Shown: positions 9,921 to 18,671 of the stretch, one piece after another
Layout of the letters: the number at the start of each line of letters is the position of its first letter
How positions within the stretch are numbered: the stretch's first letter is position 1
Source: a virus
Lineage: Duplodnaviria > Caudoviricetes
DNA: 47,984 nucleotides
Virus record (IMG/VR): IMGVR_UViG_3300032227_002079
Coordinates: 1 to 47,984 of that record
Reading direction: 5' to 3' (one strand)
The notes under the pieces: model-generated
The model's input: the letters and a program-made list of their open reading frames with translations, nothing else
Told to the model about the DNA's origin: nothing
Databases searched by the model: none
Made by a program: the position numbers and the translations under genes

Positions 9921-10121
9921 TTATTTATTCTTTTTTTTGCAATTTATTCCAAGATATTTACAATCAGCATTTTTATGATCCACAGGGTCTTTATCTCCCT
10001 CTTGATTACCTTCAGCATTCCACTTGCTTGCAACCCCAGCAAATCTATGGGCTCTAGTATTGACAGGATAAGGAAGAACCCCTCCTGAATATTCATTTAG
10101 CCACTTTAAAAATGTCTGCAT
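9921..10121 (-). CDS. small protein with capsid-targeting-like N-terminus
   Basis: MQTFLKWLNE; CTAAATA lies just upstream. Confidence 0.55.
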   Translation of the reverse strand: MQTFLKWLNEYSGGVLPYPVNTRAHRFAGVASKWNAEGNQEGDKDPVDHKNADCKYLGINCKKKNK

Positions 10122-10124
10122 AAA

Positions 10125-10760
10125 CTATTTAGATGCTTTGTGCCAAATATATTTTGAAGATTCTTTTTTAGAAGTTAAATTCTTCATATCTAAAAGTTTT
10201 AATTTTTTGTAAGGAACACTAGGCTTGTCTACAAACAATATAACACTAGCATATCTTATTTTAGATATTATGGATAATGTGTTTTCTTGAAAAGTAGTAA
10301 ATAAAAACAAACTATTGCATGTGTCAAAATTATTAAGAAATTCGGAATATTCCCCAGAAACTATAAATACTTTTTGCAAAATGCTATTCAAAATAACTAA
10401 TTTTTTATACAAACTTCTAATTTGAATTTCTGTTTTTATTTTATTCTTAATAATATAAGATATAAAAAAGTGATTCTTGTTAATTGTATCATTTTTTATT
10501 TTTTTAATAATGTTTCTGCTTCTAAGCATTAATCTAATATCAGAAATGTTATCTCTTATGTTTTTAAAAAAAATAGCATCTTCTTCATTTTCAATATAGA
10601 TAACACTCATTTGATTATTTTCTCTTGTTCCTAAAAATAATTTTTGAGATGCTATTTCAACATATTCCTTAGAATCCATAAGAACTTCTAGTTCTTCAAA
10701 TAGATTTTTAGTTAAGCCGAAATTTTTTAAATCGGTTTTTTTAATTGGATTCTTGACCAT
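10125..10760 (-). CDS. hypothetical protein
   Basis: 211-aa ORF in a co-oriented run. Confidence 0.5.
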   Translation of the reverse strand: MVKNPIKKTDLKNFGLTKNLFEELEVLMDSKEYVEIASQKLFLGTRENNQMSVIYIENEEDAIFFKNIRDNISDIRLMLRSRNIIKKIKNDTINKNHFFISYIIKNKIKTEIQIRSLYKKLVILNSILQKVFIVSGEYSEFLNNFDTCNSLFLFTTFQENTLSIISKIRYASVILFVDKPSVPYKKLKLLDMKNLTSKKESSKYIWHKASK

Positions 10761-10953
10761 CTTCCACCATGTAAATATCTTTAGAACAATTCTTGCATTT
10801 TATTGAATAAGGTCCATAACCTTTTATGCTACCTTCCCAAAACATGCCATCTTCTTTGCCAAGAGATTCAAAACAATTAACACAATAACATTCCATATTT
10901 CGTTCCTCTTCAGGAAGATTCATATCCATATAAAAAAATGCGTCTAATGACAT
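10741..10953 (-). CDS. small zinc-ribbon protein
   Basis: CVNC...CKNC. Confidence 0.55.
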   Translation of the reverse strand: MSLDAFFYMDMNLPEEERNMECYCVNCFESLGKEDGMFWEGSIKGYGPYSIKCKNCSKDIYMVEDGQESN

Positions 10954-11007
10954 AAAAATAAAATAGTATTTTTATCATAAATATAATAAGGAATTACGGA
11001 GAAAAAA

Positions 11008-12012
11008 ATGTACATTTCCATGAAACAAAGACATATTATCGAACAAATATCAATAAAGTTGGCACATTCAGATGTGGATCCAATTAGTTTTTTTGAATAT
11101 TATGTGGAATTTAAGCTTTCTAAAATTTTAAATGAACAAAATACACTTACTAATTGGTATCAAAATCTTGGAAATTACTTCAAAGGTGGAATGTCTAATG
11201 TCTACAAAAGACAAGTAGACATTTCTAGCAAATTTCAAGATGCCAAAAAATCACTAGAAGCCATAATGCAAGTTATTACTTCTTTTAAAAATATAGACCC
11301 ACAATATTCTGATGATTTACTCAAACATATAAACAGCATAGTTGACACTATGAAAGCAACCGAGCCAGCTATAACAACCATTGGCGATAAAATTATGAAA
11401 ACACACGAACAACCCAAAATGACAGGAAAACAAATAAACTGGAACCCATCTGAACAAATAAACGCCCAAACAGTTCAAAATATGCCTTTTGTCGCTACTT
11501 CCGCCAACCTAATACCAAAAATCCAAGAATTCTTCGTCGGTCTAGACCCAAATCATAAAACATATTTTGCAAATGTAGCAGACTATTCTGCCAAAAATGT
11601 TCCACAAGCAATTGCAAAAATAGCCCAAGGAACAACTGATGTTTCAACCATGACACCATTTACACCTATGGTTAGAGATGAAGCTCACGCTAAGAATATT
11701 TTGGCAGTATTGCTAAACAACTATTATGAATATAAAATAAAACCACTTGAAGTATTTGGAATCAATAATAAAAGAGATCAGCCTAATTTTGATAAAATTA
11801 AAAATACCATTGCTTCAGATTCAAAACTTGCAAATGAAATTAAAACTGCCGCTACAAGCGCTTCAATTAATATTAGTCCAGCATTCGAAAATCTTGCAGC
11901 AAGTGCATTAGGAACAGCAACAGTCGCAAATATAACTGATGCAAACGAATTTGCAAAAATAGCAGCTTATATTTTCAAAATTATGGATATTAAGAAAGCT
12001 ATGAAAGTTTAA
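11008..12012 (+). CDS. hypothetical helical protein
   Basis: 334 aa; GGAG RBS. Confidence 0.65.
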   Translation: MYISMKQRHIIEQISIKLAHSDVDPISFFEYYVEFKLSKILNEQNTLTNWYQNLGNYFKGGMSNVYKRQVDISSKFQDAKKSLEAIMQVITSFKNIDPQYSDDLLKHINSIVDTMKATEPAITTIGDKIMKTHEQPKMTGKQINWNPSEQINAQTVQNMPFVATSANLIPKIQEFFVGLDPNHKTYFANVADYSAKNVPQAIAKIAQGTTDVSTMTPFTPMVRDEAHAKNILAVLLNNYYEYKIKPLEVFGINNKRDQPNFDKIKNTIASDSKLANEIKTAATSASINISPAFENLAASALGTATVANITDANEFAKIAAYIFKIMDIKKAMKV

Positions 12013-12296
12013 ATCCAACCAGTTTTAATTGCTTGAATCACTTCTTGTATAGTTACTTTTCTGCCCAAAAAGTCAGAAATGCTTTCAACATAGTGTTTTG
12101 CTATATCGTCTTGAACTGCTTTCATAAACTGAGGACCCATCTTCCTAGCCTCTTGAAACGATGATATGTCTATAGACCAATCAAACTCTTCATTGTTTAT
12201 ATAAATTTTTTTCTCAATAGAACCATTAGGATGTCTAAAAGCCCTTGTCTCAAATTTAACTTTTTGTATTTCTTTTGACATTTTTCCTCTATACAA
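12009..12296 (-). CDS. hypothetical protein
   Basis: ORF; likely real start is MSKEIQK after GAGG. Confidence 0.55.
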   Translation of the reverse strand: MYRGKMSKEIQKVKFETRAFRHPNGSIEKKIYINNEEFDWSIDISSFQEARKMGPQFMKAVQDDIAKHYVESISDFLGRKVTIQEVIQAIKTGWI

Positions 12297-12297
12297 A

Positions 12298-12331
12298 AAA
12301 AGCGTACTTGTTATTAAACAAGTACGCTTTT
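12298..12331. terminator. intrinsic terminator, likely for 12353..12742
   Basis: AAAAGCGTACTTGTT-atta-AACAAGTACGCTTTT perfect inverted repeat with T tracts on both strands. Confidence 0.8.
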
Positions 12332-12352
12332 ATTAATTTTTAATAACAAACA

Positions 12353-12742
12353 TTACATAGGTAAACCATTCTTGACAACCATATAGCTAAGCTTGTTAGT
12401 GCCGGTTCCGGCTAAAACAAGATTAATCTGCTTTGAAGAAACATAAGCTAATGTGGCAGAAACAGCAGCGGCTGTTCCAGAATTGTCACAAGCAATTACA
12501 GAATAACTAGCATTCAAAGATGTAGTAGCAGAACCTGCACCACTAGCATCAAAAACAGCGTCAACTGATGCATCAAAAGAATAAAGATTAACAGTCTTTG
12601 CACCAGCAACTAAAGCAACATTGCCAGCTAGGACAACATGAGGTCCAATTAAATGGCTGGAACCAAGTGTCATGCGGCTTGTGCCTCTGTTATAACCCTC
12701 TGAAGAACCCGGTCCTACGCCGGTAACTGAAGTAGCTCCCAT
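12353..12742 (-). CDS. small Ala/Gly/Ser/Val-rich putative virion (decoration-like) protein
   Basis: AAGGAG RBS, own terminator, beta-rich composition. Confidence 0.6.
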   Translation of the reverse strand: MGATSVTGVGPGSSEGYNRGTSRMTLGSSHLIGPHVVLAGNVALVAGAKTVNLYSFDASVDAVFDASGAGSATTSLNASYSVIACDNSGTAAAVSATLAYVSSKQINLVLAGTGTNKLSYMVVKNGLPM

Positions 12743-12860
12743 AATTTAGTCTCCTTAAAAAAAGAACTACAATAGATATTAATTGAATAGTATTATATTT
12801 TTATGTTTGGAATAAATAATTTCAAAATATATTTTGTTAAACCTTTTAATATATAATATT

Positions 12861-13451
12861 ATGCTTGAAGAATGGCAATATGATGGTAGCGATTTAAGAA
12901 AATTAACGCTAGCCAACCGGGAAAAACAGTATGTCTTAGGAACCCTACTAGGAACATCAAGTCTCATCTGGCCAAAAAATGCCAAAAATCCACATCTGCA
13001 AATGCGAGAAAGCAAATCAAAGGGCGGAGATTGGCTAAGATGCAAAGCAGAAGAACTAAAAAGATTTAATAGAAAAAAATCTTTCATTCTAGACAAAGAT
13101 TCATTTAGATGGAATTCAGTATCAGATCCATGCTGGAAAGATCTGTATGATATTACATATAAAAATGGAGAAAAAACTATAAGCTCACAATGGTTAGATA
13201 AACTGCAAGATATAGGAATAATGGCTTGGTTTATTGATAAGGGTCAAATAAACTACAGAAATTGTACAATACGAATAAGTAGATTAAATAAAAAATCAAC
13301 AGATGCATGCTTGGAATATTTTAAAATAATTGATATCCCAGCAACTATAAAAAAAAATGGAGGAAGTACCGTTCTTTCCTTCGAAGGAAACAGCAGAGAA
13401 AAACTCCTAAAGCTTATAACACCCTGCTTCCCAGCCTTCTTGCGCCGCTAA
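12861..13451 (+). CDS. LAGLIDADG-family endonuclease homolog, catalytic motifs degenerate
   Basis: VLGTLLGTSSL (consensus G.LLGDG) and IMAWFIDKG (consensus LA.WFMDDG). Confidence 0.7.
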   Translation: MLEEWQYDGSDLRKLTLANREKQYVLGTLLGTSSLIWPKNAKNPHLQMRESKSKGGDWLRCKAEELKRFNRKKSFILDKDSFRWNSVSDPCWKDLYDITYKNGEKTISSQWLDKLQDIGIMAWFIDKGQINYRNCTIRISRLNKKSTDACLEYFKIIDIPATIKKNGGSTVLSFEGNSREKLLKLITPCFPAFLRR

Positions 13452-13899
13452 TCTTCTCTAAAGATACTAACTGCTGTCCCCCTAATATCAAATCATTGGG
13501 ATAATCATCTTCTAAATTACAACTCCATATTATTTTTGTTATCCCTATTTTATCTAACATTTTTTGACAATTCACACATGGTTTTGCTAATTTAAATCTT
13601 CCATGCCTATTAATTCTTAAACTCAAAATTTCAGTTTTATGGTTTTGATACTCTGGATCTAATTTTATAATCAAATCACTTTCAGCATGCAAGAAAGGAT
13701 ATGTATTCCATTTTTCTATACCATATAATCTTCCTAATTGTAACGCTTTATTAGATTCATGGTCCGGCTTGTTTCTTCCTACAGCTAATATCTTGTTTTT
13801 TTTAATTGCAAATGCAAAATGATAATTAGGTCTGTGCTTATTGCCAGCCCAATCCCTGTAAAGTATACTAATACAACGATTTAATATTCCAGGTTTCAC
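13414..13899 (-). CDS. zinc-dependent cytidine/dCMP-type deaminase
   Basis: HAE...KPCVNC motifs. Confidence 0.8.
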   Translation of the reverse strand: MKPGILNRCISILYRDWAGNKHRPNYHFAFAIKKNKILAVGRNKPDHESNKALQLGRLYGIEKWNTYPFLHAESDLIIKLDPEYQNHKTEILSLRINRHGRFKLAKPCVNCQKMLDKIGITKIIWSCNLEDDYPNDLILGGQQLVSLEKISGARRLGSRVL

Positions 13900-13929
13900 A
13901 CATTAATTATATCTACAAAACAATACTAA

Positions 13930-14118
13930 TCAAAAGCTTTTCTTGTGTTTTCTTTTCTTTGGCTCACCTGTTATTAATGGCAAATTTGAACCAGGAGGAT
14001 TAGGACAACCTTTACCACCTCTTGCATTAGTTTGAGCACCCTGAACTTGAAAATCAGCATGGTGCCCACAATCAGTACCAACTATAAATGCTTCAAGCCA
14101 TTCATGAAATGTTTTCAT
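13930..14118 (-). CDS. small protein with capsid-targeting-like N-terminus
   Basis: Internal ATG at 14118 gives MKTFHEWLEA; basic tail KKRKHKKSF. Confidence 0.55.
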   Translation of the reverse strand: MKTFHEWLEAFIVGTDCGHHADFQVQGAQTNARGGKGCPNPPGSNLPLITGEPKKRKHKKSF

Positions 14119-14134
14119 GTAAATATATACATTT

Positions 14135-14443
14135 ATGGAACTCAAATTCAAAAAATGGCTAATTGATGAAGCTATGATTGGAAACCCTGGAACATCATTT
14201 ATCGGTCCAACACCAAGCAATGCATGTGATGCCTGCAAAACAGCTAATTCACAAGTTCCAAAACCATCAACTGCATGCCCAGCATGTATAAATAAATCAT
14301 ATCCAGGAAACCAAGGTCAATCTGGAACACCAGGTCCTAGAACACCCGGAGCAACAACAGCACCAATTACAGGCGGAACAAATATACCAGCCCCCACAAC
14401 AATTAAAACAAATTCTCAACCAACAAAAACAAGCGCAAAATAG
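14135..14443 (+). CDS. Cys/Pro/Thr-rich small protein with capsid-targeting-like N-terminus
   Basis: MELKFKKWLIDEA; CDAC...CPAC. Confidence 0.55.
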   Translation: MELKFKKWLIDEAMIGNPGTSFIGPTPSNACDACKTANSQVPKPSTACPACINKSYPGNQGQSGTPGPRTPGATTAPITGGTNIPAPTTIKTNSQPTKTSAK

Positions 14444-14453
14444 TAGATACTAT

Positions 14454-15035
14454 GTGACACTAAACAATCAAAATAGTGGCAGTTATAAAAAAATTAAACC
14501 AGAATCTATAAAGATATGGCTTCCAGAAGTCCAACAAAGAACACACTTTTCTTGCGGAGCTGCTGTAGTTCACTCGATTTGCTCATACTACGGACTAGGA
14601 CTTCCTTCCCATTATGACTATTTTACCTACCTAGAAACAGATGAAACCTATGGAACCCCTCCACATAAAATAGTTAAATATTTAAATGATGTTGGAATAT
14701 CCGCCAAAATACAAAATGATATGTCCATTAAACAATTATGCCAAGAACTACAAAAAGAAAAACCAGTTATACTAGCAATTCAAGCATACGGCAATCCAAA
14801 ACAATATAAAAACACAGGTAGCGGTCATTATGTTGTTGCAATTGGATACGATAGAAATAATATAATATTTGAAGACCCTTGGCTTAATTGCATAAGAGGT
14901 ATAATAAGCAAAAAAGAATTAATTGCAAGATGGCATGACTTAGATTATAATAACAATTCATATGATCAAATGGGAATAATTTGTTGGAAAAAATCTAAAG
15001 CTTTTTATATAAACTATGCCAAAAAAATATTCTAA
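14454..15035 (+). CDS. C39-like cysteine peptidase
   Basis: QQ....SCGAA, GHYVVAIGYD and EDP motifs. Confidence 0.85.
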   Translation: MTLNNQNSGSYKKIKPESIKIWLPEVQQRTHFSCGAAVVHSICSYYGLGLPSHYDYFTYLETDETYGTPPHKIVKYLNDVGISAKIQNDMSIKQLCQELQKEKPVILAIQAYGNPKQYKNTGSGHYVVAIGYDRNNIIFEDPWLNCIRGIISKKELIARWHDLDYNNNSYDQMGIICWKKSKAFYINYAKKIF

Positions 15036-15661
15036 AGACTAATTTGTTTTCCTGGAAAAGCTTGTTTCACAATAGATTCAAATATAGACTTACCACCACC
15101 TTTTGTAGCCCAATTCTCAAAAGCCACTTCAGCCTTCTCTACAGTAGCACCAGGACCATCTTTAGTAGAACCTGTCAATTCATGCTCCAACTCATGTGTT
15201 GCCTCATGAACTATAGATTTTGCTATCTCTAAAACAGCTTTCGGAGTATCCCCAAGTTGCTTAACAATTTGATTTACATTAATTCTAATCATGTCTGATT
15301 CTAAAACATCTTCTGGTTTCAACTGAGGAAAATACTTGTGCAAAGTTACCTCTGGAACAGAACCTTCCTTACCCTTAAATACAGTTTTAATTTTATCAGC
15401 TATATCTTTTGGAACTTTATTTGATATTATCTTTTTCTTTTCATCAGTACGATAAAGACCAAATACATTTGGCGCAGCACTAAGCTGTGCTATTATGTTT
15501 ATATTAGGCAATAATTTTGCACCTGTTTTTAAACTATTGTCATATTTTTGAACTAATTGAATTGCATATTTTGACTTACTATAAGCTTGAGAAATCTGAT
15601 CAATAACATTCTCGGTCCCCAAAGTAGCATCTTCTTTTAAAAACCACTCTTTAAATCTCAT
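15032..15661 (-). CDS. putative zincin metallopeptidase with capsid-targeting-like N-terminus
   Basis: IVHEATHELEH (HExxH) with a downstream E..AE; N-terminus MRFKEWFLKEDA. Confidence 0.65.
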   Translation of the reverse strand: MRFKEWFLKEDATLGTENVIDQISQAYSKSKYAIQLVQKYDNSLKTGAKLLPNINIIAQLSAAPNVFGLYRTDEKKKIISNKVPKDIADKIKTVFKGKEGSVPEVTLHKYFPQLKPEDVLESDMIRINVNQIVKQLGDTPKAVLEIAKSIVHEATHELEHELTGSTKDGPGATVEKAEVAFENWATKGGGKSIFESIVKQAFPGKQISL

Positions 15662-15999
15662 ATTAATCCTTTAAATTTAATATAACACTCTCCAAACACT
15701 TCAATTTTGCCAACTATTGCTTGGTACTCTTTTTGACCCATATCTAAATCAACTTGACTTTTTAAATTTTTGTAATTTTTTTTACACAAATTCATAGCTG
15801 GCTTTAAACCTTCTTCACGCAAAATTTTTATAACTTCTAAATAAGGCTGATCTTTGGCTGCAAAATGGTAATAAGAAAGCATGGAATCGCCACCTTTCTC
15901 TTTTGCCTTTTTAGCAGATTCTTGCGCCCCATTCTTTCTGTTCTTCAGAAATGTCATAGGGTCTTCAGAAGATTGGTTTTTAGCTTCGTTATATAACAT
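15658..15999 (-). CDS. hypothetical protein
   Basis: ORF with likely ATG at 15999 (MLYNEAK). Confidence 0.5.
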   Translation of the reverse strand: MLYNEAKNQSSEDPMTFLKNRKNGAQESAKKAKEKGGDSMLSYYHFAAKDQPYLEVIKILREEGLKPAMNLCKKNYKNLKSQVDLDMGQKEYQAIVGKIEVFGECYIKFKGLI

Positions 16000-16014
16000 A
16001 AAAATATATATCAA

Positions 16015-16761
16015 TCACATTCCAAAACCACCATTAAATCCAAATCCTTTCGCACCGCCAAAGCCCCCGCCTAATCCCCCACCAAAAGAACTGCCGCCCA
16101 ATCCGCCTTGTCCGCCACCAAATCCACCCATTCCAAATTGTCCTCCACCCATGCCGCCCATGCCCATCATTCCGCCTTGTCCGCCTCCAAATCCACCCAC
16201 TCCCATACCACCCATGCCAAATTGTCCGCCTCCAAATCCTCCCATTCCCATTCCGCTCATCCCTCCTTGTTGTCCAATCATGTATCCGGGTTGAATTGGT
16301 ATTACAGAATAAGGACCGCCATTGCCATTGGGTCTTATTATAGTTCCTGGTGTATATGCTCCATAAGGGTTGTTATTACCGCCACCCATGCCACCACCCA
16401 TTCCCATCATTCCGCCGCCTACGCCACCCATGCCACCCATTCCCATCATTCCACCGCCTATGCCACCCATTCCCATCATTCCACCGCCTATGCCACCTAT
16501 GCCACCCATTCCCATCATTCCACCGCTCATCCCCATCATTCCACCACCCATTCCTCCCATTCCTCCCATGCCACCCATACCGCCAACATTTGAATTTCCT
16601 CCAAATCCATTCACGCCACCTCCCATCATTCCGCCTCCAGATACAATTGGTGGACGCATAGGAGCAGGATTCAAAGGACGAGGTGGCATAGTAGGTCTAA
16701 ATTGTGTATATCCACTTAGAACAACTAAAAATAATAATATGCTAGCTAATATTTTTTGCAT
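16015..16761 (-). CDS. Gly/Met-rich low-complexity protein with signal peptide
   Basis: GAGG RBS; MQKILASILLFLVVLSG hydrophobic leader; GGMMGMGG repeats. Confidence 0.7.
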   Translation of the reverse strand: MQKILASILLFLVVLSGYTQFRPTMPPRPLNPAPMRPPIVSGGGMMGGGVNGFGGNSNVGGMGGMGGMGGMGGGMMGMSGGMMGMGGIGGIGGGMMGMGGIGGGMMGMGGMGGVGGGMMGMGGGMGGGNNNPYGAYTPGTIIRPNGNGGPYSVIPIQPGYMIGQQGGMSGMGMGGFGGGQFGMGGMGVGGFGGGQGGMMGMGGMGGGQFGMGGFGGGQGGLGGSSFGGGLGGGFGGAKGFGFNGGFGM

Positions 16762-16824
16762 AACGCACCTCTTTCAAGTATGTAACGGTAATACGCACAA
16801 AACTTGCATATTAGTTAAATATTT

Positions 16825-17688
16825 TTAATAACCATATTTTGTTTTTGTTTCATCGAACTTAGCACTAACATCTGCATCCGAAAGCTGTGAGTTGAAAAAC
16901 CAAAATTCGCTTATTAGTCCATTGAAAGATTCTGATCCGTGATATCCTTGACCAACTCTCAAGAAATTGCTTTCATTATATGAATCTGAACCATGTGTCC
17001 CAGCCAATGACATTGTATTATTGACATAACCTCTAGTTGACCCGCTTGTAGCATTTATTACGGTTGTATATGTAAACATTTTCCATACACCAGAACTTAT
17101 TGTTCCAGAGTTGTTGCCATTTAATCTTCTATCTACTCCACCTCCATTTGTTGTAGAATATAAATTTCCAGTATTATTAAATCCTGCTATATAACCATCA
17201 TATCCATACTGATTGCTTAATTTTCCAAATATGCCATTGCTTGATCTCATTGATGCCGGTTTTATCCAAGCAATTAAAGTTATTCCATTCGTTGTAGAAG
17301 GCTTTATTATAGCACCAGATGTAAATGTTATATAATCATTTGTTCCATCTAAAGATATTGCCCCAGAAACATAAGTTGGACCATTGGTTAAAACGCCATT
17401 ATTGGCATTTCCTTGCAAATTAATCCAAGAAGTTCCAGAACCAGAGTAAGAAGATGGATTGGCTGCATTTAAATAAACTAAAAGATTTGTAGGTGCAGTA
17501 GTTGTTGTAGTTGAAGTTGTAGTTGTTGTAGTTGGTATTGGCGTTGTAGTTGTAGTTGTTGTAGTTGTTGTAGTTGTAGTGCTACTACTGGTAGTTGTAG
17601 TTTGCAAATCTTTTGCAATCATTCCTATTATTATTTTTTGGGATTGGTTTAGTTGAAGTGTCGAATTGGCATCTATTATAATAGACAT
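16825..17688 (-). CDS. LamG/concanavalin A-like protein with poly-Thr linker
   Basis: LLVYLNAANPSSYSGSGTSW, LDGTNDY and FNGLISEF motifs. Confidence 0.8.
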   Translation of the reverse strand: MSIIIDANSTLQLNQSQKIIIGMIAKDLQTTTTSSSTTTTTTTTTTTTTPIPTTTTTTSTTTTTAPTNLLVYLNAANPSSYSGSGTSWINLQGNANNGVLTNGPTYVSGAISLDGTNDYITFTSGAIIKPSTTNGITLIAWIKPASMRSSNGIFGKLSNQYGYDGYIAGFNNTGNLYSTTNGGGVDRRLNGNNSGTISSGVWKMFTYTTVINATSGSTRGYVNNTMSLAGTHGSDSYNESNFLRVGQGYHGSESFNGLISEFWFFNSQLSDADVSAKFDETKTKYGY

Positions 17689-17707
17689 TTTTAATCCTTA
17701 AATATTT

Positions 17708-18628
17708 TTAGGGACTTGGAGTAGTTGTCGTTGTGCAGTTTATTACTGGAAGATAACTTGTATAATTAGTTAAAATTTCTGCAGCCGACAAAACTCTTGA
17801 ATGGGCTGAAACAGAACTAATATCTCCATTAAAATATCCATCGGTTCCATTTATGTAGGTGTTTTTATATCCACCAACTCTCCAATAACCATTAAAATCT
17901 TGCGCCTTAAAAGCAGTTCCGAAAACAACTAATGTACCATTAATATAAAGTTTCATGTCTTTGGAAACATTATCATAAGTTGCAACTGCATATTTAAATG
18001 TTCCATCATTTACTGTTGATGGTGAAGAAATTACTACACCTTCATTTACAAATAATCTATCATCATAAACTGCAAAATATAATTTTCCATCTGTTCCAAC
18101 CCACATCTGTCTATCAAAGAAAAATGATGCTGTTCCACTTCTGCCACTCTCAAGTCCAACTATTTTTTTACCAGTAGCAGCTGATGTTCTAAACCATGCT
18201 GAAATAGTAAACTCTTGTGGACCAGCCATTTGTGTTGTAGAATAAACAAAATTGTTTGTGCCATTAAAAGTTACATATTGAGGACAAGTTGAGCGACTCA
18301 ACGGAGATGAACCAGAAACAGTTCCCGTGTTTGAATCACCACTAGTGTCTACCCATGTTGAACTATTCGTATAACTTGCAGCTTCATATCTAAATAACAA
18401 ACTTGGTTCTGGAGTTGTAGTAGAAGTAGAAGTAGAAGTAGTTGTAGAAGTAGAAGTAGAAGTAGTTGTAGAAGATGTTGTTGTGGTGGTAGTTGTAGTA
18501 GAAGTAGTTGTAGGTAATGGCGTTGTAGTAGTTGTTGTTGTAATAAAATCAGTTTTAACATTACCAATTATTATTTTGTTGGATAAATTCAATTGAACTG
18601 TATAATTATTATCTATAATAACAGGCAT
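17708..18628 (-). CDS. LamG/concanavalin A-like protein with poly-Thr linker
   Basis: FTISAWFRT, LYING and FNGDISSV...RVLSAAEI motifs. Confidence 0.8.
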   Translation of the reverse strand: MPVIIDNNYTVQLNLSNKIIIGNVKTDFITTTTTTTPLPTTTSTTTTTTTTSSTTTSTSTSTTTSTSTSTTTPEPSLLFRYEAASYTNSSTWVDTSGDSNTGTVSGSSPLSRSTCPQYVTFNGTNNFVYSTTQMAGPQEFTISAWFRTSAATGKKIVGLESGRSGTASFFFDRQMWVGTDGKLYFAVYDDRLFVNEGVVISSPSTVNDGTFKYAVATYDNVSKDMKLYINGTLVVFGTAFKAQDFNGYWRVGGYKNTYINGTDGYFNGDISSVSAHSRVLSAAEILTNYTSYLPVINCTTTTTPSP

Positions 18629-18671
18629 GTTAATCTCCTTTTACAATATATTTAATTTTTTAAAACTATTT

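Noticed and set aside
15881-16828. Pro/Met-rich and His-rich plus-strand ORFs
   Set aside because: Antisense shadows of the Gly/Met gene, which has an RBS, a signal peptide and the orientation of its neighbours.
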